DNA of 62,510 bases, filler included, from an uncultured Thermoplasmatales archaeon (GTDB lineage Archaea > Thermoplasmatota > E2 > DHVEG-1): the NCBI GenBank assembly GCA_964517155.1. It is 5 parts of 5 records of this genome, joined end to end, with 100 filler letters (N's around TTAATTAATTAA, not from the genome) between each part and the next. Parts side by side here need not be neighbours in the genome. Positions count along the whole stretch, not along the records: positions 51,042 to 54,979 come from CAZFAZ010000053.1; positions 55,080 to 62,510 come from CAZFAZ010000057.1; 3 more parts are not named here. One strand, written 5' to 3'. The notes under the pieces were generated by a model, which ran no database searches, had not been told where the DNA came from, and saw only the letters and a list, made by a program, of their open reading frames with translations. The stretch's first letter is position 1, and each line of letters opens with the position of its first letter. This document shows, in pieces, positions 51,042 to 61,585 of the stretch. The position numbers and the translations under genes were made by a program.

Positions 51042-51710
51042 GCAGTTGTAATGCTTGTAAGTATTCGCGCGTTAAAAAGACATGGGCAAGGAAGCGTAGA
51101 AAAAGGTCTTTCTAACCTTGAGAAACATCTGGAGAATATATCGCTTTATAATGTTCCTGTAATTGTTGCAATTAACCATTTTATAGATGACACAGATGAA
51201 GAAATAGAAATCGTTGAAAAATTCTGCAATTCAAAAAAAATACCAGTTGCATTTGCAGATATCTGGAGTCAGGGTGGAGAAGGTGGAATAGAGCTTGCCG
51301 GAAAACTAATAAGTCTTATTCATAACAATCCTTCAAAATTTAAATTTTTATATGAACTTAATCTTTCAGTTAAAGAAAAAATAGAGCGCATAGCAAAAAA
51401 AATATACGGCGCCCAGCGTGTAGTATATACTGTTGCTGCAGAAAGAGACATTAAACTATGCCAAGAGCTAGGACTTGATAAACTACCTATTTGTATTGCA
51501 AAAACACAGTATTCTTTATCTGATGATTCAAAATGCCTTGGAAGACCAAAAGATTTTAAAATAACTGTTCGTGAAATAAAGTTTTCAGCAGGAGCAGGAT
51601 TTTTAGTTCCAATGACTGGAAAAATTACAACAATGCCAGGGCTACCAAAAAAACCAATCTCTGAAAATATCGATATTGATGAAAAAGGAAACATAACAGG
51701 GCTTTACTAA
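51042..51710 (+). CDS. fhs: Formate-tetrahydrofolate ligase, C-terminal part (5'-truncated)
   Basis: RALKRHG, VAINHF, GGEGG, CIAKTQYSLSDD, AGAGF, MPGLP. Confidence 0.95.
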   Translation, partial: AVVMLVSIRALKRHGQGSVEKGLSNLEKHLENISLYNVPVIVAINHFIDDTDEEIEIVEKFCNSKKIPVAFADIWSQGGEGGIELAGKLISLIHNNPSKFKFLYELNLSVKEKIERIAKKIYGAQRVVYTVAAERDIKLCQELGLDKLPICIAKTQYSLSDDSKCLGRPKDFKITVREIKFSAGAGFLVPMTGKITTMPGLPKKPISENIDIDEKGNITGLY

Positions 51711-51773
51711 TTACAAAAATAAAGATACATTGATATATCAAATATTACATGCGTTTTATGGGAGGTTACATTT

Positions 51774-53081
51774 GTGACTAAAGATGATCTTAAATCTCAT
51801 GTAGATGATATTATAAATGCTTTAAATGAGGATAATAAAGAAAAAGTTTCAAGAAAAGAACTTGAATCTGAACTTGAAAAATTTATGGAATATGGCGTAC
51901 CCCTTGAGCAGGCAAAACAAACACTTGTGAAAAAATTTGGAGGAGCAATGGTTTTCACAGGTTCCTCAGGTAACTCTGCTGAAAGAACACTAATTTCTGA
52001 TTTAAAACCAAATCAATCTAGTGTTAAAATACTAGGCCATGTAATTGCTATAAATCCTAAAGATATAACTGTAAAAGGTGAAGCAAAAAAGATTTTCTAT
52101 GGAATTCTTGGTGATGAAACTGGAACAATTCCTTTTACATCATGGGGTGAACTTGAAGTTGAAAAAGGCGATGTTGTAGAAATAAGTAATGCCTACACCC
52201 GTGAATGGCAGGGTGCTGTACAGCTCAACCTTGGCGATCGGGTTAATGTTGAAAAAACAGAAAAAGATAGACTACCAAAAAGTGCTTTCGAGCCGCGTCA
52301 AGTAAAAGTCAAACAACTTCACTCAGGAATGGGGCGTGTTGATGTTACGGCACGTGTGATAAAAACATCATGTCGTGAAACAGAAATAAATGGTGAAACA
52401 AAAAAGATTTTCTCAGGAGTAATTGGCGATGAAACAGGTAAAGCTCAGTTTACAGCATGGGATGATTTTAAGATAAAAGAAGGAGATGTACTTCGCATTA
52501 GTGGAGGATATGTAAAATCCTGGAAAGGCATTCCTCAACTTACTTTTGATTCAAATGCATCTGTTAAAAAACTTGAAAAAAATAAGATTTCAAAAACTGA
52601 CATCAGTTCTAATAAAATGCCACTGCATACTCTCTTAGAAAAACATGGAGCACTGGATGTAGAAATACAAGGCAGTATAATTGATATCAGACCAGGCTCT
52701 GGTTTTGTAATGCGCTGTCCTGAATGCAATCGTGTTTTACAGGATGGAAGATGCAGTATTCATGAAGAGGTCACAGGCAAACCAGATTTAAGACTCAAAC
52801 TTATAATTGACGATGGAACCGGTGCTGTAGGATGCATTTTAAACAAGGACTTATCTGAAAAAATTCTTGGTTTAACGCTTGAAGAGATAAAAAATATGAC
52901 AGATGAAAAACATGATGAAGAGTTAAACAGCAGACTTTTTGCAAAAATATTATGTGTAAAAGGTAATGCCCTTGCAGATGATTTTGGGACAAATATTATT
53001 GTAAATGATGCAGAATTTGTAGAATTTGATTTGCAAAAAGAATCAGAAAAACTTGCATCTTCTCTGGAGGAGTTACTATGA
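51774..53081 (+). CDS. Replication protein A (three OB folds + Zn finger)
   Basis: Repeated GDETG.I.FT.W; RCPEC..VL...C..H; DDGTG. Confidence 0.9.
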   Translation: MTKDDLKSHVDDIINALNEDNKEKVSRKELESELEKFMEYGVPLEQAKQTLVKKFGGAMVFTGSSGNSAERTLISDLKPNQSSVKILGHVIAINPKDITVKGEAKKIFYGILGDETGTIPFTSWGELEVEKGDVVEISNAYTREWQGAVQLNLGDRVNVEKTEKDRLPKSAFEPRQVKVKQLHSGMGRVDVTARVIKTSCRETEINGETKKIFSGVIGDETGKAQFTAWDDFKIKEGDVLRISGGYVKSWKGIPQLTFDSNASVKKLEKNKISKTDISSNKMPLHTLLEKHGALDVEIQGSIIDIRPGSGFVMRCPECNRVLQDGRCSIHEEVTGKPDLRLKLIIDDGTGAVGCILNKDLSEKILGLTLEEIKNMTDEKHDEELNSRLFAKILCVKGNALADDFGTNIIVNDAEFVEFDLQKESEKLASSLEELL

Positions 53082-54031
53082 AAAGAGAAACAGCATGGCG
53101 TGTTTTTGCAGGTGAATACAACGATGCTACTTTTGAGATAAAAGGCGAAGGGGAAATGACTCCATCATATATTGTCACACCTTTGGGTGCAAAAGTAAAC
53201 CGTGTGTTTATAATAGGTGTTCTAACTGACGTTGAAAACATATCTGAAGACGGCGATCTGGTTCGTGCGCATATCTCTGATCCAACTGGTGTTTTTACAA
53301 TGTATTCTGGATCTTATCAGAAAGAAATCACAGATACTCTTTCTAAAATTGAAGTCCCAGCATTTGTTGCAGTAATCGGAAAAGTTCGCACTTATACTCC
53401 TGAGGAAGGAACTCTTTTTGTATCTGTTAGACCTGAAAAGATAATTGAGGTTTCTTCAGATATAAGAGATAAATGGATTCTTGAAACTTGTAAGAATACT
53501 AAAGAAAGAATAGAGGCAGTACTTGAAGCAATCAAACTAGGGGATTCTTCAGAGAGTAATCTTAAAAACATTGGTGTCAGTAAAGATTTATCTGAAGGAA
53601 TATTTGCAGCAATTAAACATTATGGTCATAATATTAATCTGGAGAAATATGTTCGTTTAATACATGAATCTCTGCAGTATCTTAGACCAGGGCAAGACGA
53701 TATTGCAGATTTAAAAAATAAAAAACAAGAGAAAATAGAAAAAACTGAGTTTAACAAAGAACCAACAGAAACTGAGCCTCAGGAAGAAAAAAGCGAAACA
53801 GTAGAACAATCTGAGGATAAAGACAACTCTGAGGATTACGCAGAAATTGAAAAAACAGTGTTTGAAACAATTAGAGAAATAGAAGGAAAAGATGGTGCTT
53901 CATGGGACAGCATAACAGAAAAATGCGAAAAGAAAGGACTTAACCGCGATAATGTTGAAGAGGCACTTACTAGTCTTATGGATAAAGGACTGATTTATGA
54001 ACCAGTTTTAGGAACTATTAAAACAACATAA
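53078..54031 (+). CDS. RPA-associated OB-fold protein with C-terminal winged helix
   Basis: KRETAWRVFAGE, TPLGAKVNRVF, DPTG; LMDKGLIYEP; overlaps RPA stop. Confidence 0.85.
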   Translation: MKRETAWRVFAGEYNDATFEIKGEGEMTPSYIVTPLGAKVNRVFIIGVLTDVENISEDGDLVRAHISDPTGVFTMYSGSYQKEITDTLSKIEVPAFVAVIGKVRTYTPEEGTLFVSVRPEKIIEVSSDIRDKWILETCKNTKERIEAVLEAIKLGDSSESNLKNIGVSKDLSEGIFAAIKHYGHNINLEKYVRLIHESLQYLRPGQDDIADLKNKKQEKIEKTEFNKEPTETEPQEEKSETVEQSEDKDNSEDYAEIEKTVFETIREIEGKDGASWDSITEKCEKKGLNRDNVEEALTSLMDKGLIYEPVLGTIKTT

Positions 54032-54035
54032 AATT

Positions 54036-54979
54036 TTATTCACGCGGTCTTGTTTTCCTATACCAGATATATGCTATTGGAATCAAAAAGAGTATTGTTG
54101 CAATCATTGCAATCCAGAGCATATATAGTACTGCATCTTGGTCAACATAAAAATCCTTTACCACAATTCTACCATAATACGGCGACATTAAAGGATATAA
54201 ATCTTGGCATCTTTCTCCTGATATATTATAGGGTATGTCACCTATTCCATCATTATTTTTATCAGATCCATTGTAATCATCCCAGTAGTTGCCCTGGTAT
54301 AATTCTTTACTATAAAAAGTATTATTTTCATCATTTAAATAATGAAAAACATGATTTATTGTGTTGTTTATGAAATTATTATGATAAATAATATTGTAAA
54401 TAGAATTATATACAAAACCTATTCCTAGTGAATCATTAGAAAATGTATTATTTATAACGTAATTATTTGAGCTATTTATAAGATAAATACCACACTGAGT
54501 ATTGTTTTTTATCGTATTGTTTGAAATAAGATTTTTTTGACAATTTTTTAGATTAATTCCATCAGCGCCGTTCATTTCTATTATGTTATCAGAAATTATC
54601 GAATTGTTTGAGGAGATATAAATTCCTATACCAACATTAAGATTATCATATGGTATATAGTTTGGATGATAATGACTTCTTGAAAGATACCATTCTAATT
54701 TTACCGTATTAAGATATGTGCTATTTTTTATTGTAAAGCCTTTAATTGTAACATTATCTGCAGAAATATTAATTAAAGAAAATGAATTTTTAGAATTTGT
54801 AAAATAAAAATTTCTTTCTATCATTAAAATTTCATTTCCACCACCAAGAATTGTTTCTTCCTTATCTTCACCGATTAAATTAATAGGTTTATCAATTGTA
54901 ATATGTTCATAATATGTTCCATTATAAACAAAAATTGTATCTCCATCACTAGCATTATCTATTGCATCTTGAATACTAA
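54036..54979 (-). CDS. NosD/CASH right-handed beta-helix surface protein with C-terminal TM, 5'-truncated
   Basis: SIQDAIDNASDGDTIFVYNGTYYE upstream of the listed ORF; Asn-rich repeats; GNYWDDY...DGIGDIPY...DLYPL. Confidence 0.88.
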
Positions 54980-55079
54980 NNNNNNNNNNNNNNNNNNNNN
55001 NNNNNNNNNNNNNNNNNNNNNNNTTAATTAATTAANNNNNNNNNNNNNNNNNNNNNNNNNNNNNNNNNNNNNNNNNNNN
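54980..55079. other. Artificial contig linker
   Basis: N-run + TTAATTAATTAA + N-run. Confidence 0.97.
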
Positions 55080-55162
55080 TATAAAATCGTCAAAAAACGA
55101 CAATATTATAATTATGCTCCAGTAAATATTAAAAATACCGTTTGTTTAACAAGAAATGTTAA

Positions 55163-56464
55163 ATGAATGAAAAGCAAATAACAATTAGGATTGCAATACT
55201 TGCATCTGAGCCACTTGGTTGGGGTTCAGGTAAGCATTATTTTCCTATGATACTTGATGGTTATTCATGGAGCGTTTCAGGTAAAAAATATAAGTTTGTT
55301 ACGAAGTATATTTATGATAAAGATATAACAAAAGGCAAGCTTTCTAATAAAAACTATGATGTTTTGCTTGTACCGGGTGGGGGTGTTGGTGACGGCGAGG
55401 CTATATCAAGAGGTTTTAGCTTTTCTTTTAAAACTCGGAAATGGAAAAAACAAATCCAAAAGTTTGTAAAAGATGGCGGCGGATATATCGGAATTTGTGG
55501 AGGTACTGCTCTTTTTACAGGGCTTGACACTGGTAAAAATAGTAAACCAAATACTTTTCTTGAAAAATTATATGCTAAAAGTTCGTTGAATCTTTCTGCG
55601 GTTAAGCATTTTTATAATCATCTTGCTTTTCCGCTCTTATATCCATTTCAATATAAGCATCCAGAGCGAGTAGGTGCTACTGGCTATGTTTTTTCTTTTT
55701 CGCTGGGTGAGACTAAAGATAAAGTGTTGTTTCATTCAGGTGGCGTACCTGTTGATTTTAAGATTTTAAAAGACAATCCAATCTTTTCTGATTATCCTCA
55801 GGATGTTCTTCGTATTCGTTGGTGGGGTGGACCAGGTATTACCTTTTCTGATGTTGCTGCTAGATTTTTAAAGGTATGTGCAACTTATCCTAAAAAGGAT
55901 TTTTCTACAGATAATAAGACTAAAATTTATGCTTGGTCGTATCGCGGTGGAATTTTTGGTCTTTTTAGATCTTTTTTTTCTTCTCTTAGTTTTATTAAAA
56001 AAGAAAAACTTGATTTTAAAGATATATTTATGTATACATATTATCTTGCAAAACCTTGGAAAAAAAGTGACAAGATTATTGATTTAGATTTTTCAGACAG
56101 ACCTTCAATTACAATAGAGGAATATCCAAATGAGAACAAAGGTCGAATTGTTCTTTGTACCGCTCATCCTGAATATATGATTTGGTGGGATGGGAATATA
56201 ACTGAGGTTGAAGAAAGTAAAGAAGTCTGTCTTGGTACAGGGTTTCATAAATGGAAAAATGTTAAACCTTTAAGTAAAGAGTTGGCTGATGAATTTACAT
56301 ACACCTGGTGGGTAGTAAGAAGATTTGCAGCATGGGCTGGTAAAGTTTTAGATAAAGAGCTGCCTCCTATTGAAAAAGGAAAAATAAATGAAACTGCGAA
56401 AAAAATAATTAAAGAAAATGTTTATTGGGATAAAACGCTTATTAATCAAATGAAAAACATCTAA
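55163..56464 (+). CDS. Class I glutamine amidotransferase-like protein (BPL_N-like)
   Basis: LLVPGGG, GGGYIGICGG nucleophile elbow, HPE. Confidence 0.8.
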   Translation: MNEKQITIRIAILASEPLGWGSGKHYFPMILDGYSWSVSGKKYKFVTKYIYDKDITKGKLSNKNYDVLLVPGGGVGDGEAISRGFSFSFKTRKWKKQIQKFVKDGGGYIGICGGTALFTGLDTGKNSKPNTFLEKLYAKSSLNLSAVKHFYNHLAFPLLYPFQYKHPERVGATGYVFSFSLGETKDKVLFHSGGVPVDFKILKDNPIFSDYPQDVLRIRWWGGPGITFSDVAARFLKVCATYPKKDFSTDNKTKIYAWSYRGGIFGLFRSFFSSLSFIKKEKLDFKDIFMYTYYLAKPWKKSDKIIDLDFSDRPSITIEEYPNENKGRIVLCTAHPEYMIWWDGNITEVEESKEVCLGTGFHKWKNVKPLSKELADEFTYTWWVVRRFAAWAGKVLDKELPPIEKGKINETAKKIIKENVYWDKTLINQMKNI

Positions 56465-56475
56465 GGTGATAAAAA

Positions 56476-57471
56476 GTGAACTTAAAAAAATCATTTTTGG
56501 CAATTCCTTTAAGTTTTCTTTCTCACTGGCGTTCACTTCCACCTTATGAAATGATTAGCTACGTTTTCATGTATGCAAGTGTGCCTATGCTTGCTTATGG
56601 TATAAAACCATATGATGCGGAAATGATTAAGATTATTATTTTTACGATTATTACATTATATGCTGGCTTTTTTGCAGCACTTATTTGGAATGATATAACA
56701 GATGCAGATATCGACTCTGTTGCCCATCCTGACAGGCCGATTCCTTCGGGTAGAATTAGTAAAAATAAGTTTTTTGCAATTGCACTTGTCTTCTCTGCAC
56801 TAGTTTTTATCTTTGCAATTCTTGTAAGCATACTTTGTTTGATAATTGTTTGTGCGGCTGCTTTGTTTGTTACATTTCATGATAAATATCTCAAAAAACG
56901 TGTTAATATACCTGCGTATTCTGAGATATTTACACCTGTACAATGGGTTGTTGTAGCAGTTTTTGGTTTTTTTGCGGTATGGACTGCAAGTCCTCAGAGC
57001 TTTTCTATTTCAATAGACCTTTCTTTTTTAGGTTTTATAAATACTAATAAAGATGCAATTATACAGATGATACTTCTTGTTTTATTTACATACTTTGCAG
57101 ATAACGCACATGATCTTGCGGAAGGAATTGTTGATTCTGAAGGTGATAAAAAACATGGTGTTCGAACATATGCAACAAGTTTTGGTGATAAAACTGCAGC
57201 GAAAATTTCATTTGTATGGTTTTTAATATCAGGTATCTTAGGTTTAATCTTATTTTATAAAACGGTATTATCATATATTTTTTTGGTTCCTTTTATAATA
57301 TTGTGGGTTTATATTATGACTTGCTCTTATAAACTCTTAAAATCAGATAAAAAAGACGTTAAAAATAATGCTTTCATCTTAGGAAGAAAAGGCTTTGATT
57401 ATTTTCTCTTTTCATATAATTTTATGTTTTTAGATGTTTTGATTCAAATAATTATATCTAATTTTTATTGA
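56476..57471 (+). CDS. UbiA-family prenyltransferase
   Basis: NDITDADIDSVAHPDRPIPSGR and DSEGD...GVRT motifs; multiple TM helices. Confidence 0.92.
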   Translation: MNLKKSFLAIPLSFLSHWRSLPPYEMISYVFMYASVPMLAYGIKPYDAEMIKIIIFTIITLYAGFFAALIWNDITDADIDSVAHPDRPIPSGRISKNKFFAIALVFSALVFIFAILVSILCLIIVCAAALFVTFHDKYLKKRVNIPAYSEIFTPVQWVVVAVFGFFAVWTASPQSFSISIDLSFLGFINTNKDAIIQMILLVLFTYFADNAHDLAEGIVDSEGDKKHGVRTYATSFGDKTAAKISFVWFLISGILGLILFYKTVLSYIFLVPFIILWVYIMTCSYKLLKSDKKDVKNNAFILGRKGFDYFLFSYNFMFLDVLIQIIISNFY

Positions 57472-57531
57472 TTTAATACAAAAATTTAAGATAGATTTTT
57501 ATTATCCAATCATTATAGGTTAGTAAATATT

Positions 57532-58188
57532 ATGAAAGATGATAAAAAAAGCTGGTTATTTTCATTTGCAATCAGTATTTTCTATGAGCACATATCTCCA
57601 AAATTTCGTACAGGCTCATTTAAAAATTTTATGGATTATGCATATGTTATATCTGAAAAAATTGCAGTACATTTTGAAACTTTTTACATGAGTTATATAA
57701 ATGTTTATCAAGAGCTTGTCAGAAAAGAAGTAAAAATTTCTGAGATTTCTCCTAAGGATTCTGTTTTAATTATTGGTTCTGGTTCGATTCCTGCTACTTC
57801 AATTTTGGTTTCTAAGAATTCAAGTTCGAAAAATATTGTTTCTATTGATTATGATAAAGGAGCAGTTAAAAATGCTATTAGTTTTGTAAATTCTTCAAGT
57901 TTTGATAAGAATTTAAAATTTGAACATGCGGATGGGCTAAAGTATCCTGTTGGTAGTTTTGATGTAATATTTGTTTTATATGGTATTAGAAAACAAGATG
58001 AGATGCTCAAATATATTTCTGAAAATATAAGTAATTCATCGCGGGTTATCTTTAGAACTACAAATGATTCTTTGGTTAAATTCCTTGGTGGAAAAGATTT
58101 TCTTGAAAACTATTTTAAAATACAACAAACAATTATTTCAGAAAAATTTAGCGATACTATTTCTTTTCTTTTGAAGAAAAAATCTTAA
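57532..58188 (+). CDS. SAM-dependent transferase, nicotianamine-synthase-like
   Basis: Y.ELV.KE, VLIIGSGSIPATS, IDYD, terminal IFR motif. Confidence 0.7.
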   Translation: MKDDKKSWLFSFAISIFYEHISPKFRTGSFKNFMDYAYVISEKIAVHFETFYMSYINVYQELVRKEVKISEISPKDSVLIIGSGSIPATSILVSKNSSSKNIVSIDYDKGAVKNAISFVNSSSFDKNLKFEHADGLKYPVGSFDVIFVLYGIRKQDEMLKYISENISNSSRVIFRTTNDSLVKFLGGKDFLENYFKIQQTIISEKFSDTISFLLKKKS

Positions 58189-58285
58189 TTTTACTGCTTT
58201 TTATGCTAAAAAACTAGAATATCTATTTATATCATATCCAATATAGGTTTTTTTTATCATCGCTAATTAGGGGGAGCATCGATTT

Positions 58286-59533
58286 ATGAAAAACAAGATA
58301 CTTTCAAATTGGGAAAAAGTCGTTGATTCAGGATTTAGCGATAAACATAATATGTGCATTTGGTCCATGATAACATATAAGGGCTTTCTTTATGTCGGAA
58401 CTTTGAATTTTACTAATGGTTGTAAGGTTTATAGATCTAAAACTGGTGACAAAGATGATTGGGAAAAAGTAAGTGAAACTGGTTTTGATAAAAGTTGCAG
58501 GTGTGAAGGTGCAAGAACCATGCTTGTATATAACGATCTTTTGTGGATTGTTACTTATTCTAGATTACATGGTTCGCAAGTATGGGTAACTAATGGAGAA
58601 TATAGTGCTAAAAAAGGCATCCTTATCTGGAAAAAAGCAAATGTAAACGGCTTTGGTCAGGGGGAAAAAATACCTGGTTCTCGAGCTATGGTAGTTTATA
58701 AAAATAAATTACATGTCGGAACTCAATATCGGGGAGAGGTGCCTAGAATCTATAGGTATGATGGTGAAATAAATTTAGATAAACTTGAGCCCGAAAAATG
58801 GACTTGGATAAACAAAGATTGGCAAGAAGATGAATACAATATTGCAGCGTTTTCACTTATTGGAGATATGCTGAATTTTAAAACACCAGATGGTAAAGAA
58901 TACGTTTATACTTCAATTTATTCGGAAGTAGCTCATCTTGTAGGCCAATTTAAGAGAACTCCTAATTTTAAAATAATTAAAGAAATTATTAAATTCTTTT
59001 TAAAAATGAGATGTAGCATTTGGAGATACAACGGTGAGAAATGGGAAATGGTAAGCAAACCAGGATTTGGCAAAAAGAATATAATGGCCATGGCTTCTTT
59101 GGCTTTTAAAGATTCAATTTATTTTGGGACAACAAAGATACTTGGTGGAGAAATTTGGCAGTCAAAAGATGGTTTAAACTGGGAAAGAGTAATGAAAAGA
59201 GGTTTTTCTTATCCTTTTAATTTATCTGTTTGGGAGCTACATGTGTTCAAAGATAGATTGGTAGTTGGCATGCAAAATCAATGGATTGGTTGTCAAATAT
59301 GGGTGAGTAAACAGGATAGACCAACTAAAAATAAGGATTTTACTAAGATATCTAAAACCGGTATGACTAAGAGGTTACAGATTAATCCATTTAAATTAAA
59401 GCAAGACGGTATAAAAACAATGGAGACTTTTAATGGCAAGTTGTATGCTGGAACTGCATCTTATATGAATATTTTAAACAGTGGAACTATAATTGGACCT
59501 GGTTGTGAAATCTGGAGAATAAATGAAGTCTAA
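58286..59533 (+). CDS. Beta-propeller repeat protein, no signal peptide
   Basis: Repeats of F/Y.G.LYVGT....G..(V/I)W.S..G..W..V...GF. Confidence 0.75.
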   Translation: MKNKILSNWEKVVDSGFSDKHNMCIWSMITYKGFLYVGTLNFTNGCKVYRSKTGDKDDWEKVSETGFDKSCRCEGARTMLVYNDLLWIVTYSRLHGSQVWVTNGEYSAKKGILIWKKANVNGFGQGEKIPGSRAMVVYKNKLHVGTQYRGEVPRIYRYDGEINLDKLEPEKWTWINKDWQEDEYNIAAFSLIGDMLNFKTPDGKEYVYTSIYSEVAHLVGQFKRTPNFKIIKEIIKFFLKMRCSIWRYNGEKWEMVSKPGFGKKNIMAMASLAFKDSIYFGTTKILGGEIWQSKDGLNWERVMKRGFSYPFNLSVWELHVFKDRLVVGMQNQWIGCQIWVSKQDRPTKNKDFTKISKTGMTKRLQINPFKLKQDGIKTMETFNGKLYAGTASYMNILNSGTIIGPGCEIWRINEV

Positions 59534-59535
59534 TT

Positions 59536-60171
59536 TTATTTCTTTTTGTAATTTGCTTTTCTTTTATGAGGAAATGATACGTTGGGAATAGGTTTATCTA
59601 AAAATTCACATAATTTTTCCCATCCATCTCCCTCAAATAAATCAAATATTAAAAGCTGAGATGGCTTATCTTTAAAATATTCAAATATATCTTTGTTATG
59701 ATCGTTATAAACTTCAAGCAAATCTTGTTTTTTTTCTTTGGTTTCAATATGCCATGGTGCATTTTTAAAGTAATTTTGCCAACTTTTCATAAGTGATTCG
59801 GGTTTTCTAACAGTTAATATAAATTTGCTGTTTATAAATTCTTTATTTAGTTCCTTGTAAAAACCTGGGAAATATATCGGTGCATCTGAAAAGGCATCAA
59901 ATGGGCTTTTTTTGATATATTCTATCCATCCTTTCTTGGGTTTTATATGTGCACGAGGCCAATGAATAGGGCTATAACCTAGAATAGACAATGCTTTATC
60001 AAGAGATGTTGTACCTGTTTTTGAAAAACCTATGCAGAAAACCATTGGATTTTGTTTTTCTTTTTTAAATCTGGCGCGTAAGCTGTAAAAATACTGCAAA
60101 ATTATAATCATTCTGCGGTACAAATTTGCCAATATTAATATCAACCGTGATTTTAAATTTTTATTATTCAT
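59536..60171 (-). CDS. Sulfotransferase-family P-loop protein
   Basis: CIGFSKTGTTSL (5'-PSB), KFILTVR...S, GWEKLCEFL...FPH. Confidence 0.85.
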   Translation of the reverse strand: MNNKNLKSRLILILANLYRRMIIILQYFYSLRARFKKEKQNPMVFCIGFSKTGTTSLDKALSILGYSPIHWPRAHIKPKKGWIEYIKKSPFDAFSDAPIYFPGFYKELNKEFINSKFILTVRKPESLMKSWQNYFKNAPWHIETKEKKQDLLEVYNDHNKDIFEYFKDKPSQLLIFDLFEGDGWEKLCEFLDKPIPNVSFPHKRKANYKKK

Positions 60172-60195
60172 CTTGCTTTTAACTCCTAAATTTAA

Positions 60196-61572
60196 TTATT
60201 TACTTATTTTTGAAATTACAACTGGTGATTCAGCAGCAGTTCTAGAGCGAATCGTTTGTATTTTTTCAACTTCTTTTACATTTATTTTTATGTTTTTGCC
60301 TAGTTTGTGCTGCAGTTGTTTTTTTAGTTCTTTAAAGATAATCTCATTTTTTGGCTCAGCATTTTTAAGTTTTTCATCTAAAATTAATAACACGTCTATT
60401 TCATCTATTTTTTCTTGAACTATCTGAAATCTAAGTAATTTTTCTGTTTTAAACATCTGCATTACTTTATGAGGTATTCCTGTTAATGTGAAAGGTGGAA
60501 TTAAATCTCCATTTGGTAAAACTATTGAATCAACTTTTCTTCCACCAATATATTCAATTATTGAAGTATTCATGCCACAGTTGCATTTTTTATCTGATGA
60601 TTTTATAAAATCACTAAGTCCAGTGTATCTTATTATTGGTGTACCTTTGCCATATAAACGTGTTATAATTAAGTTTCCACCGTCGCCATATTTTTCTTCT
60701 TTTTCTTCATGGTCTATATATTCTAAGTATACATAATCATTATTTATATGATAATTTTCGTTTTTACATTGAAATGCAATTGGACTTGTTTCTGTTGCAC
60801 CATACATATCAGCAATTTTTGAACCAAATGCTTTTTTAATTTTTTCACGAGTGTATTTATCCAATATTGCTCCGGTTGTTACTACAAGTTCGGGCTGCAG
60901 GTTTTTTGCATAACCTTGTGATTTAAGAGTTGCAAGTATGCTTAAGTTAGCAGGATAACCCCCGATAAAATCTGGATTGAATTCTTCTAGTTTTTTTATT
61001 AAAAACTCTGGTTTTTCACTAATGTCAAATACTTTCATATTCTCAAAAGAAAGAAACTTGCTTAGACTTGACATTCCAAAGCCTGTGAAAAAAGCGCTTT
61101 CAATGCTGTCCGGTGATAAATCTGCAAGTGTTGCAAGTCTGTTTTTTCTCCAGCTTAGATCATGTGCTCTAAGAATTCTTATAAAACCTATTAAAGAGTG
61201 ATATATTGTAAAAGGTTCATTATAAAATGTTGCAGGTTGCCCGGTTGAACCTGATGTTGTAGATACTAGATATCTGTTCATATCTTCATCTTTTGGCAGT
61301 AAACTTTCAGATGTTTTACCTCTGAAATCTTTTTTTGAGACCATTGGCAGTTTTTCTAAATCTTTAATTCTTTGGATGTCACTTGGATGAACGCCTGCTT
61401 TTTTGTATTTATCATGATAAAGCGGAGTTGTATATGCATATTTTACCAAGGCTCTTATCTGTTTATCTTGATATTTTTTTATTTTTTCAATATCTCTCCA
61501 CGCTCTATCAATGTCTAAAAGGTAACTTTTTGCAAGTTTTGTAAGCAAGCGTGGGCTAATCATAAAAATCAT
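60196..61572 (-). CDS. Adenylate-forming ligase (PaaK/CapK-like)
   Basis: TTSGSTGQP, YGATE, PIIRY, GRKVD, FQIVQE. Confidence 0.88.
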   Translation of the reverse strand: MIFMISPRLLTKLAKSYLLDIDRAWRDIEKIKKYQDKQIRALVKYAYTTPLYHDKYKKAGVHPSDIQRIKDLEKLPMVSKKDFRGKTSESLLPKDEDMNRYLVSTTSGSTGQPATFYNEPFTIYHSLIGFIRILRAHDLSWRKNRLATLADLSPDSIESAFFTGFGMSSLSKFLSFENMKVFDISEKPEFLIKKLEEFNPDFIGGYPANLSILATLKSQGYAKNLQPELVVTTGAILDKYTREKIKKAFGSKIADMYGATETSPIAFQCKNENYHINNDYVYLEYIDHEEKEEKYGDGGNLIITRLYGKGTPIIRYTGLSDFIKSSDKKCNCGMNTSIIEYIGGRKVDSIVLPNGDLIPPFTLTGIPHKVMQMFKTEKLLRFQIVQEKIDEIDVLLILDEKLKNAEPKNEIIFKELKKQLQHKLGKNIKINVKEVEKIQTIRSRTAAESPVVISKISK

Positions 61573-61585
61573 CTTTTCATCTTTT

